A DNA stretch of 64,000 bases, taken from Waddliaceae bacterium (GTDB taxonomy: Bacteria > Chlamydiota > Chlamydiia > Chlamydiales > SLFE01). The notes beneath the pieces were generated by a model. The model searched no databases, was not told the origin of the DNA, and saw nothing but the letters and a program-made list of their open reading frames with translations. A program made the translations under genes and the position numbers. The stretch covers positions 15,574 through 79,573 of the forward strand of contig CAWAPJ010000005.1 of NCBI GenBank assembly GCA_963783885.1, read 5' to 3'. Positions 9,383 to 18,324 of this stretch are shown here, in pieces (within the stretch, counting starts at the first letter, position 1; every line of letters begins with the position of its first letter).

Positions 9383-10174
9383 ATGAAATTTGAAGAACGT
9401 ACAAGCTTGGAATTTGAAAATGAAGGGCAAAAGCTTTTTGCTATTCTTCATAGGCCGCTGGATGTCAAAAATCCGCCCATAGTGGTGATGTTCCATGGTT
9501 TTGGAGGGCACAAGTCAGGCGATTTTCGCGTTTATGTGAAAGAAGCGGAGATGCTGGCAAAGTGCGGCATTGCCTCCTTCCGGTTTGATTTCCGCGGATG
9601 CGGCGACAGCGAAGGAGATTGGCTTGATATGACGATTGGGCGCGAGGTGTCCGATGCCATAAAAGCTTTGGATGTTGTCGGCAACCTTTCGGGGATCGAC
9701 ACATCGCGGATGGGGTTTCTGGAAAAATCATTAGGGGGACTGGTTGCTGTTATGGCTGCCAGAAAGTACGGCCATATCAAATCTATGGCTCTTTGGGCTC
9801 CAACCTTCCATGCCGAACAATGGCGGGAGTTTTGGGAGATTGTTCAAAGCCCTGAGACGACCGATGAAACAAGAGAGCAGCTCATGAAGTTCGACGGCTT
9901 GCATGCCAATGAGCACTTTTTACGGGAATTTTTCGAATTGAAGCTTGAAGATCATCTTATTCATTTGCATGAAGTTCCTTTGCTGCACATACATGGGGTT
10001 AAAGATACAGGAATTACTATCGAGCACGCTTACGAGTATGAAAAGCATCGGAAGGGAGCGGCAGCAGAAACGAAAATTATCCGCCTTCCCAATACAGACC
10101 ACGATTTTGCCCATGCTGAAGATCAAGCTTATACTCTTGAAGAAACGTGTCAATGGTTTGTGGAAACCTTGTGA
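9383..10174 (+). CDS. Alpha/beta hydrolase, copy 1 (nucleophile elbow altered to E-K-S-L-G)
   Basis: HGFGG, RFDFRGCGDSEG, catalytic His in TDHDF; first Gly of GxSxG changed to Glu at 9723. Confidence 0.85.
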   Translation: MKFEERTSLEFENEGQKLFAILHRPLDVKNPPIVVMFHGFGGHKSGDFRVYVKEAEMLAKCGIASFRFDFRGCGDSEGDWLDMTIGREVSDAIKALDVVGNLSGIDTSRMGFLEKSLGGLVAVMAARKYGHIKSMALWAPTFHAEQWREFWEIVQSPETTDETREQLMKFDGLHANEHFLREFFELKLEDHLIHLHEVPLLHIHGVKDTGITIEHAYEYEKHRKGAAAETKIIRLPNTDHDFAHAEDQAYTLEETCQWFVETL

Positions 10175-10182
10175 GGTCATCA

Positions 10183-10473
10183 ATGTCATCTTTGCAAAAA
10201 GCAAGGCAGAAGTATCTGCCTGAAATTCCAAAAATTCTTCAAAATATTGAAAATCTTGAAACTGCCCCCGACCGGCTTTTACAGCTAAGCGGTGAGGACG
10301 CTGAGGAACTGATCGAGACCTTCCCCAAATCTTTCGAGCAGCCCTTGATTCAATTTCAGTCTAAAACCGGCATTGACTACAAACCCTTGAAAATTGGCGC
10401 TGTTTTTTCCGGGGGACAGGCAGCAGGCGGGCATAATGTTCTCGCGGGGCTTTTTAGAGGACTAAAACAATAA
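10183..10473 (+). pseudogene. pfp: Truncated 5' copy of PPi-dependent phosphofructokinase
   Basis: Matches the first ~96 codons of 13040-14713, then TAA at the duplication junction. Confidence 0.9.
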
Positions 10474-10593
10474 AGTTTGCATCCTGATTTAGATCATGAT
10501 CCATCGATTGATCCTCATTGGGATTACCATGATAGAAATGATCCCGGTAATAATGGACGTTGGTTTTTAGATGGCACATTCGAAACAAAATAG
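10474..10593 (+). pseudogene. C-terminal tip of a polymorphic toxin (Ntox37-like)
   Basis: Translates SLHPDLDHDPSIDPHWDYHDRNDPGNNGRWFLDGTFETK*; LHPDL.H...I.PHWDY pattern recalled from polymorphic toxin type 37; no start codon. Confidence 0.65.
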
Positions 10594-10602
10594 AGAATAA
10601 TT

Positions 10603-10776
10603 ATGAGAAAATTACATAGATATATTCTAGATTTTGAAAGAGCATTTAAATACCTTCAAGTTGAAATAAATGAATCCTTATCTAAACATTCAGGATTTCT
10701 CAAAAGCAACTTTTGGAATTATGGGCTTTGCCCAGTCGAAAGAGACCTTTATAGCTTTTTTCGAAGACACTTGTAA
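10603..10776 (+). pseudogene. Probable 5' fragment of the cognate immunity gene
   Basis: ATG 9 nt after the toxin stop; AT-rich MRKLHRYILDFERAFKYLQ...; runs into the antisense end of the transposase. Confidence 0.4.
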
Positions 10777-11839
10777 ATTTTTTTGGATGCTGGATTCAGG
10801 GCGTTTTTGAGCGCTGGCAGCCACCTTTTTTCTTAACGGGGAATTAGGAGCAAAAACTCCATGATAATGGCGAAGATGTCGGCGGGTAGGAGGAATGAAT
10901 CGGGAAATCCTCTCGATAAATTCCAGGGGTTCTATCTGCACAAAGGTTTTTCCGGTGTGAGTGGGTTTAGGAAAGCGATAATGAATCCAAGAGCCGTTCC
11001 ACCGCAAATTCTCACTCGCAAAGCTAGGGCGGGCACAGTATCTTATCAGGCGCTCTAAACCTTCGCGGTCCCAAGAGAGCACTCTTACTTTAGCATCGAG
11101 TGAAAAGCCGCTGTTTTCATTAGAGAGCATCCGTTTTATCGTCTGCTTATCAAACCAGCCCTTCCTTCCAAAATACCTGAGCACTCTTTTCCTTATGCAA
11201 TCCTTAAGTATCCGCAATGTCATCGGGAGTCAATGAGGTCTCGTGAAAGAGAAGGTCGCTGCCATCTTTACTAAAGAGACCATCAGCCACAATAAGATGG
11301 AAATGAGGGTGGAAATTTAGTGTCTTTCCGAAATACTGGATGAAGCTGATGATGCCGATTTGCAGATCTGGGATATTTGGACCACATATAATGAGTCTTT
11401 TTCGAATTTCATCAACGACGATCTTTAAAATGGATTGAAGAATTTTGTACGTTTGGAGGTAACACCTAATCCGCAAAGGAAAACTGATCACAAATTGCCT
11501 GATGGGAATGGACGGAACGACATTTTCAACAAGGTGGGCTGCTGTTTCAACCATTGTTCGTGTGTTGCAGGATGGGCAGATACCTCGGCCTTTACAGGAA
11601 AAAGCAATGAAAATGTCTTTGTTGCAGTCAGCACAATGAGCACAGGCGAATCCATTAGCTAATATGCCGCATTCCAAATACTTATGGAATTCCCTGTCTA
11701 TGTATTTGGGAATGGGGTTTTCCGAGTTTTTGTACCATGTCTTGTAGTGTCTTTTTATGACGTCAAAAAGAACCGTTTTCTCAGGTTTACGAGGTCGATA
11801 GATTACTTCTGATTTTTTAGGGCAGCAGATAGAAGACAT
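10690..11839 (-). pseudogene. IS91/ISCR-type rolling-circle (HUH) transposase, frameshifted
   Basis: Zn-binding FSCKGRGICPSC, HUH motif HPHFH, RLIRYCARP tyrosine motif, RYHGVFAPNS; split into two frames near 11205-11220. Confidence 0.88.
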
Positions 11840-11943
11840 TCCAATTCATAAAAAAGATTATACAAATATCTGAAAGCTAGACATCAATAGACGTGATTGA
11901 TATATAGATTCTGAAGATGATGGATTCTATTCCCTGGAGGCTC

Positions 11944-11997
11944 ATGAACGCTAGAAAACTCTTGCTTTTGATTCCCCTCGCGTTTTGTTCTTGCCAA
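11944..11997 (+). pseudogene. Lipoprotein signal-peptide stub cut by the duplication junction
   Basis: GGAGG then ATG; MNARKLLLLIPLAFCSCQ; reads into the tRNA copy and stops. Confidence 0.5.
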
Positions 11998-12012
11998 AAA
12001 TTCAAACGTTAC

Positions 12013-12085
12013 CGCGGGGTGGAGCAGGGGTTAGCTCGTTGGGCTCATAACCCAAAGGTCGGAGGTTCGAATCCTTCCCCCGCTA
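12013..12085 (+). tRNA. tRNA-fMet (CAT), initiator, copy 2
   Basis: Identical to 9156-9228. Confidence 0.93.
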
Positions 12086-12109
12086 TTTTTCTCTAACAAA
12101 TCGCTTCAT

Positions 12110-12182
12110 GGCGGTATAGCTCAGTTGGTAGAGCAGCGGAATCATAATCCGCGTGTCACTGGTTCGAGTCCAGTTGCCGCTA
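12110..12182 (+). tRNA. tRNA-Met (CAT), probably elongator, copy 2
   Basis: Identical to 9253-9325. Confidence 0.88.
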
Positions 12183-12239
12183 TTCCGAAATTTTTATTTG
12201 TCATTTTCTCTTTTTTTTTCTATCTTACAGAATAAGAAC

Positions 12240-13031
12240 ATGAAATTTGAAGAACGTACAAGCTTGGAATTTGAAAATGAAGGGCAAAAGCTTTTTGCTA
12301 TTCTTCATAGGCCGCTGGATGTCAAAAATCCGCCCATAGTGGTGATGTTCCATGGTTTTGGAGGGCACAAGTCAGGCGATTTTCGCGTTTATGTGAAAGA
12401 AGCGGAGATGCTGGCAAAGTGCGGCATTGCCTCCTTCCGGTTTGATTTCCGCGGATGCGGCGACAGCGAAGGAGATTGGCTTGATATGACGATTGGGCGC
12501 GAGGTGTCCGATGCCATAAAAGCTTTGGATGTTGTCGGCAACCTTTCGGGGATCGACACATCGCGGATGGGGTTTCTGGGAAAATCATTAGGGGGACTGG
12601 TTGCTGTTATGGCTGCCAGAAAGTACGGCCATATCAAATCTATGGCTCTTTGGGCTCCAACCTTCCATGCCGAACAATGGCGGGAGCTTTGGGAGATTGT
12701 TCAAAGCCCTGAGACGACCGATGAAACAAGAGAGCAGCTCATGAAGTTCGACGGCTTGCATGCCAATGAGCACTTTTTACGGGAATTTTTCGAATTGAAG
12801 CTTGAAGATCATCTTATTCATTTGCATGAAGTTCCACTGCTTCACATACATGGAGTCAAAGATACCGGAATTACCATCGAGCATGCATACGAGTATGAAA
12901 AGCATCGAAAGAAAGCTGCGGCTGAAACCAAAATTATCCGTCTTCCAAATACCGACCACGACTTCGCCCATCCCGAAGATCAAGCTTATACTCTCGAAGA
13001 AACCTGTAAATGGTTCGCTGAAACCCTGTGA
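12240..13031 (+). CDS. Alpha/beta hydrolase, copy 2 (intact G-K-S-L-G)
   Basis: GxSxG elbow, HG..D and DHDF triad motifs. Confidence 0.9.
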   Translation: MKFEERTSLEFENEGQKLFAILHRPLDVKNPPIVVMFHGFGGHKSGDFRVYVKEAEMLAKCGIASFRFDFRGCGDSEGDWLDMTIGREVSDAIKALDVVGNLSGIDTSRMGFLGKSLGGLVAVMAARKYGHIKSMALWAPTFHAEQWRELWEIVQSPETTDETREQLMKFDGLHANEHFLREFFELKLEDHLIHLHEVPLLHIHGVKDTGITIEHAYEYEKHRKKAAAETKIIRLPNTDHDFAHPEDQAYTLEETCKWFAETL

Positions 13032-13039
13032 GGTCATCA

Positions 13040-14713
13040 ATGTCATCTTTGCAAAAAGCAAGGCAGAACTATCTGCCTGAAATTCCAAAAATTCTTCAAA
13101 ATATTGAAAATCTTGAAACTGCCCCCGACCGGCTTTTACAGCTAAGCGGTGAGGACGCTGAGGAACTGATCGAGACCTTCCCCAAATCTTTCGAGCAGCC
13201 CTTGATTCAATTTCAGTCTAAAACCGGCATTGACTACAAACCCTTGAAAATTGGCGCTGTTTTTTCTGGGGGACAGGCAGCAGGCGGGCATAATGTTCTC
13301 GCGGGGCTTTTTAGAGGACTAAAACAATTTCATAAAGAGAGTCGTTTGTATGGTTTTAACGGCGGTCCCAAAGGGCTGATCATTGATGATTACAAGGAGC
13401 TGACAGAGGAGTTGATCGGAACCTATATCAACCAGGGAGGGTTCGACCTGATCGGTTCCGGACGCGATAAAATCGAGCAGCCCGAGCAGTTTAAAGCTGT
13501 CAAAGATGTTGCCCGGCAACTGGGACTTAATGGGATTGTGATTATTGGCGGCGATGATTCCAATACGAATGCCGCTTTTTTAGCGGAATATTTTTTACAG
13601 CAGAATGTCGATTGCCGGGTCATAGGGGTTCCCAAAACAATCGACGGCGATTTGACCAATGAGTTTGTCGAGATGTCTTTTGGCTTTGACACAGCCTGCA
13701 AGACCTATTCAGAAATTATAGGAAACATTGCCAGAGATTCGCTTTCAGCGGGTAAATATTATTTCTTTATCAAGCTTATGGGACGTTCCGCGTCCCATAT
13801 TGCCCTTGAGTGCGCTTTGCAAACCCACGCAAATTATACCCTGATCGGTGAAGAGGTTCAAAAAGAAGAGAAGTCTCTTGAAGAGATTGTCAGCGATATT
13901 GCCGATTTGATTTGCGAAAGGGCGGAAAAAGGGAAAAATTACGGCGTGATCCTCATACCGGAGGGGATTGTTGAATTTATTCCTGAAATTAAGAATTTGA
14001 TCACAGAATTGAATAAGCTTCTCTCGTCAAAAGAAATTATGCAGAAAATGAATGACGTTTCTTCAGTTCATGCAAAAACCGAGTTGATCACCCACCGTTT
14101 GAGTGAAAGCGCCGAGCATTGTTTCAAAAATCTACCGGAAAATATTCAGGCCCAACTTCTCAAAGAGCGCGATCCCCACGGCAATGTCCAAGTCTCAAAA
14201 ATTGAAAGCGAGCGCCTTTTAATCCAAATGGTTAAGGTCGAATTGAAAAAACGAGGCGAGGGATATAAAGGGAAATTCAGCGCTCAGCCCTACTTTTGCG
14301 GCTATGAAGGACGCTCGTGTTTTCCTTCCAACTTCGATGCCAGCTATTGCTTTTCCCTTGGTTTAGTGGCGGCTCTTCTGATCGCCCGGAAGAAAACAGG
14401 CTATATGGCCGGCATTCAAAATTTAAGCGAGCCGCCCGCTCAGTGGATCCCTTTGGGAATTCCGCTGGTTCCTTTAATGCATAGCGAAATGCGCAAGGGG
14501 CAGAATAAGCTCGTCGTCAAAAAAAGCCTCGTAGATTTGAACGGTCCTGTCTTTCGCGAGTTTGCAAAATACCGCAGGCAGTGGCGTCTTGGCGACGACT
14601 ATCGCTATCCGGGGCCGATTCAATTTTTCGGCCCTGAAGATATTTGTCATGCGACGACCCATACGGTTAAGATTTGTGGCAAGCGACAAAGTGCTCCAAG
14701 CCGCATTCTTTGA
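13040..14713 (+). CDS. pfp: Diphosphate--fructose-6-phosphate 1-phosphotransferase (PPi-PFK)
   Basis: SGGQAAGGHNV, GGDDSNTNA, PKTIDGD, MGRSASH, GYEGR and YPGPIQF motifs. Confidence 0.95.
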   Translation: MSSLQKARQNYLPEIPKILQNIENLETAPDRLLQLSGEDAEELIETFPKSFEQPLIQFQSKTGIDYKPLKIGAVFSGGQAAGGHNVLAGLFRGLKQFHKESRLYGFNGGPKGLIIDDYKELTEELIGTYINQGGFDLIGSGRDKIEQPEQFKAVKDVARQLGLNGIVIIGGDDSNTNAAFLAEYFLQQNVDCRVIGVPKTIDGDLTNEFVEMSFGFDTACKTYSEIIGNIARDSLSAGKYYFFIKLMGRSASHIALECALQTHANYTLIGEEVQKEEKSLEEIVSDIADLICERAEKGKNYGVILIPEGIVEFIPEIKNLITELNKLLSSKEIMQKMNDVSSVHAKTELITHRLSESAEHCFKNLPENIQAQLLKERDPHGNVQVSKIESERLLIQMVKVELKKRGEGYKGKFSAQPYFCGYEGRSCFPSNFDASYCFSLGLVAALLIARKKTGYMAGIQNLSEPPAQWIPLGIPLVPLMHSEMRKGQNKLVVKKSLVDLNGPVFREFAKYRRQWRLGDDYRYPGPIQFFGPEDICHATTHTVKICGKRQSAPSRIL

Positions 14714-15575
14714 TTTCCGGTTTAATTTCCCAGCAGATCGCTTCAGAATAAGCGCAATGATCGCAAAAGGGGCATCCTTTGTCGCGGTGCTTGTCGTCGA
14801 TTGCAAAATTCGAAGGGATAAAACTTAGCTGCCGCACCTTTTCAGCGGGCTTTAACGAGTCTAAAAGCTCTTTTGTATAGGGGTGCTTAGGATCGGAAAA
14901 GATGACTTCGGTCGGCGCGACTTCAACTAGCCTTCCCGCTTGCAGCACTGCGACACGGTCGGTTAAGTATTTGACGACAGAAAGATCGTGAGAGATGAAG
15001 AGATAGGTTAGATTCAATTTTTTCTGCAGGTTTTTTAACAGATTGATGATTTGGGCCTGGACAGAGGCGTCTAGCGCAGATACGGCTTCGTCAAAAACAA
15101 TAAACTCCGGCTCTGCGGCAATGGCCCTGGCTATAGCGACACGCTGCTTCTGGCCGCCGCTTAGCTGATCCGGGTAGCTTGCAAGCAGCTGACGGCTCAA
15201 TCCAACCATATCGGCAAGCTCGTGGACGCGGGCGGTGATTTTCTCCGGCGGGCAAAGGCGATGCACGATGAGGGGTTCGGAGATCAGTTCCCAGGTTGTC
15301 ATTTTCGGGTTGAGGGAATTATGAGGATTTTGAAAGACCATCTGCATTTTTTTTCGCGGTACGGAAGCTGCTGGTTGATTGTTGTAAATAATGCTGCCCG
15401 CGGTCGGGGAAATTAAATTAAGAAGAAGCTTGCCCAGGGTTGTCTTTCCCGAACCGCTGGCCCCTACCAATCCTAAAATTTCCCCCTGAAATATATTGAG
15501 ATTCAGGTCGAAAAGAGCGTAAAAGGGCTTTCGATTCAGGTTAAAAGTTTTTGACAGGTGTTGTATTTGTAACAT
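14667..15575 (-). CDS. oppF: Oligopeptide ABC transporter ATPase
   Basis: GASGSGKTT, LSGGQKQR, HPYT, C-terminal Cys cluster. Confidence 0.9.
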   Translation of the reverse strand: MLQIQHLSKTFNLNRKPFYALFDLNLNIFQGEILGLVGASGSGKTTLGKLLLNLISPTAGSIIYNNQPAASVPRKKMQMVFQNPHNSLNPKMTTWELISEPLIVHRLCPPEKITARVHELADMVGLSRQLLASYPDQLSGGQKQRVAIARAIAAEPEFIVFDEAVSALDASVQAQIINLLKNLQKKLNLTYLFISHDLSVVKYLTDRVAVLQAGRLVEVAPTEVIFSDPKHPYTKELLDSLKPAEKVRQLSFIPSNFAIDDKHRDKGCPFCDHCAYSEAICWEIKPEIKECGLEHFVACHKS

Positions 15576-16512
15576 ATTTCCAACAAGGGGTTAAAAGACT
15601 TTGATCTTTGGACGGATCTTTTTCCAGGCATATTCTCATAGCGGCGGAGCATCGCGGGTGGAATGCACAGCCGGAAGGGGTATTGAAGGGGTTTGGGGGT
15701 GATCCCTGAATCACTTGCAGGGGAGCATTGCGGCTGATTGAAAGGTTCGGTATAGAGTGGAGGAGAGCCCGGGTATAAGGATGCTTTGGCGAGGTGAATA
15801 AATCTTTGGTGTTGTTGTACTCGACAATTTGTCCGGCGTACATAACATAGACTCGATCGCAAATTTTAGAAATGAGGTTTAAATTGTGAGAGATAAACAA
15901 TAAGCTCATATCCAGATTTTTGAGAAGTTGAAGCACCTGCGACTCTGTTGTGACATCAAGAGATGTTGTCGGCTCATCGGCAATAAGAAGTTCGGGATTG
16001 CAGCAAGTGGCTATGGCAAACATGATTCTTTGACGGATGCCGCCGCTCAGTTGAAAAGGAAACTGTTCCACTCGTTCAACCGGGTGGTTGATTCCTAAGT
16101 TAAAGAGTAATTCGACGGCTCTTGTGTAGGCATCTTCTTTAGATAGCTTTAGATGTTTACGCATCCCTTCGATGATTTGGTCTCCGATAGTCATTGTAGG
16201 GTTGAGCGATGCTTCAGAGTCTTGAAAGATCAGTCCTATTTTTGCTCCGCGAATTCGTTCCATTTCTTTGGAACTCTTTGCCATGAGGTTTTCTCCATTA
16301 AAAAGAATATTGCCATTGACTTCTGCTGTTTCATCATTTGAGAAAAGTTGGAGGATTGCCTGGGCCATCGTGCTTTTGCCGCTTCCCGATTCTCCGACAA
16401 GCCCCACGATTTCGCCCTGTTCAATGAAAAGGGAAACATTTCTGACGGCATGCTGCACGCCGCTTTGTGTCGTGAAGCTTACGTTAAGATTTTGTATCTC
16501 GAGCAAACTCAT
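15541..16512 (-). CDS. oppD: Oligopeptide ABC transporter ATPase
   Basis: GESGSGKS, LSGG, ADEPTT, HPYT, GCAFHPRC. Confidence 0.9.
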   Translation of the reverse strand: MSLLEIQNLNVSFTTQSGVQHAVRNVSLFIEQGEIVGLVGESGSGKSTMAQAILQLFSNDETAEVNGNILFNGENLMAKSSKEMERIRGAKIGLIFQDSEASLNPTMTIGDQIIEGMRKHLKLSKEDAYTRAVELLFNLGINHPVERVEQFPFQLSGGIRQRIMFAIATCCNPELLIADEPTTSLDVTTESQVLQLLKNLDMSLLFISHNLNLISKICDRVYVMYAGQIVEYNNTKDLFTSPKHPYTRALLHSIPNLSISRNAPLQVIQGSPPNPFNTPSGCAFHPRCSAAMRICLEKDPSKDQSLLTPCWKYVTNTTPVKNF

Positions 16513-17405
16513 CTTAAAACCTTCTGCAAAGCGTCGCCGATAAAATTAAAACAAATAATCGTCAGGCTCATCAAGGCCGCGGGAAAAAACATTCTCCATG
16601 GGTAATAGATCATGGCGGGCAGTGCTTCGTGTGCCATTGTTCCCCAACTTGCATGAGGGGCTTGAACACCAAGACCGACAAAACTTAAAAAAGCTTCGAT
16701 AAAGATGACTTTTGGTATGTTCATCGTTGCCGCCACAACAATGGGACCCATGGCATTGGGTATCAGATATTTTGTCAATAGCCTTGGGTAGCTGAGGCCC
16801 AGAGCAATTCCGGAAAGAATATAATCCTGCTGCCTGATGGCCAGCACTTCGCCCCGCACAATCCTCGCCATAGGAACCCATCCGATCAATGCGATTGCGA
16901 TAATGATCGGCATCAACCCCGTTCCGATGGCAAGAGTCAGGACCATAACAACAAGCAGTTTCGGCAGGGAAAACAAAATATCGCAGATGCGCATGCCAAC
17001 CTGATCGAAAAAACCTCCTAAAAAAGCCGATGTCGCTCCCCAGGTAACTCCGATAATCAAGTCGATAAACGCCGCTGTAAATCCGATAAAAAGCGATATG
17101 CGCGCGCCATACCAGACACGGGTGAAAATGTCTCTGCCCAAATCATCTGAACCGAACCAGAAATTCCAGGAAGGAGCCTGGTTTCTTAAAGGGAGGTTGG
17201 CCTGATCGAATTGGTGTCCGCTGATGTAGGGGCAGATGATAGCACCAATGACAATAAGCAGTAAAATAACGGCGCAAACGACAGCAAGCCGCTCCCTAAG
17301 GAATCGGTTCCAGACGGTTAGCTTTTGCCTCGGCGCCGGCTGCAGAGCCTCCATAGGGGCAAGGGGTTCGAAAAGCTCGGGATTTACGTTATATATATTC
17401 TGCAT
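16509..17405 (-). CDS. oppC: Oligopeptide ABC transporter permease
   Basis: FGSDDLGRDIFTRVWYGARISL; EAFLSFVGLG. Confidence 0.9.
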   Translation of the reverse strand: MQNIYNVNPELFEPLAPMEALQPAPRQKLTVWNRFLRERLAVVCAVILLLIVIGAIICPYISGHQFDQANLPLRNQAPSWNFWFGSDDLGRDIFTRVWYGARISLFIGFTAAFIDLIIGVTWGATSAFLGGFFDQVGMRICDILFSLPKLLVVMVLTLAIGTGLMPIIIAIALIGWVPMARIVRGEVLAIRQQDYILSGIALGLSYPRLLTKYLIPNAMGPIVVAATMNIPKVIFIEAFLSFVGLGVQAPHASWGTMAHEALPAMIYYPWRMFFPAALMSLTIICFNFIGDALQKVLR

Positions 17406-18324
17406 TTCCGCTCTCTTGAATTCTTGGGTCCAAAGTACAGTAAATGAGGTCGGCCAAAAATGTTAGAAACAAAAGAATCGCGCTATAAAAAATGGTCGTC
17501 CCCATGATAACGGGATAATCCCTGTTCATAATGCTGGAGACATACCATTGGCCGAGACCGGGTATGCCGAATATTTTTTCAACAATAAAACTTCCTGTCA
17601 AAATAGCTGTTGTAAATTGGCTTAAATAACTAATGACGGGGGTTAGGGAATTCGGGAGGGCGTGATAGAGCAAAACTTCTTTTGCCGACAGCCCTTTTGC
17701 TCTGGCATTTTTGATGTAAGGCATTTTAAGAGCGCTTGTCAAGTTGGTTCGAACAAGGCGGGCAATATAGGCCAGCGGCAGGGCTGCAAGAGCGATAGAA
17801 GGGAGCACTGTATGTTCCCAAGCGCCCCAGCGGGCGATAGGCAGCCAGCCCAAGTGAATGCCGAAAATATATTGAAGCAGGCTGGCCAGGATGAAACTGG
17901 GAATGGAAATGCCGACTATTCCGATAAGGGTCAATGTTTTCTGGGGCCAGTGCTTATTAAAAAGAGCGGAAATGGTTCCAAAAAAAATACCCCCTCCAAG
18001 TGATAGAAGAAGGGCTTGGGTTCCTAAAACGGCCGAGACTGGGAAACCGGCTTTGATAATGTCGCCGACAGAACGGGTAGGATAAACGATAGAGGAGCCA
18101 AAATCCAGTGTCGCAAGAGAGACAATGTATTGCCAATATTGTTCAAGAATAGGCCTGTCAAGTCCATAGTGATGACGGAGATTGTTGATCACTTCGCGAG
18201 GGAGGGCTTTTTCATCGCTGAAAGGGTTCCCGGGCAATAATTTCATCATGACAAATGTCAGGGTAACCATGACAAGCAATGATAAAACAGCGTAAATCAA
18301 TTTTTTTAATATATAGCGAATCAT
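17389..18324 (-). CDS. oppB: Oligopeptide ABC transporter permease
   Basis: YGLDRP..EQY; ARAKGL; VEKIFGIPGLG; RDYPV. Confidence 0.9.
   Translation of the reverse strand: MIRYILKKLIYAVLSLLVMVTLTFVMMKLLPGNPFSDEKALPREVINNLRHHYGLDRPILEQYWQYIVSLATLDFGSSIVYPTRSVGDIIKAGFPVSAVLGTQALLLSLGGGIFFGTISALFNKHWPQKTLTLIGIVGISIPSFILASLLQYIFGIHLGWLPIARWGAWEHTVLPSIALAALPLAYIARLVRTNLTSALKMPYIKNARAKGLSAKEVLLYHALPNSLTPVISYLSQFTTAILTGSFIVEKIFGIPGLGQWYVSSIMNRDYPVIMGTTIFYSAILLFLTFLADLIYCTLDPRIQESGNAEYI

Larger units (their letters stand above)
9141..10471 (+). repeat. Copy 1 of 1,331-bp direct duplication
   Basis: Aligns to 11998-13328 at a constant offset of 2857. Confidence 0.95.
11998..13328 (+). repeat. Copy 2 of 1,331-bp direct duplication
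   Basis: Aligns to 9141-10471. Confidence 0.95.

Noticed and set aside
9979..13026. Diversity-generating retroelement TR/VR pair
   Set aside because: Differences are mostly synonymous third-position changes, not confined to adenines, and there is no reverse transcriptase in the window.
14667..14713. Convergent 3' overlaps (pfp/oppF; ribD/rlmD 55937-56003)
   Set aside because: Short tail overlaps are common in compact chlamydial genomes.
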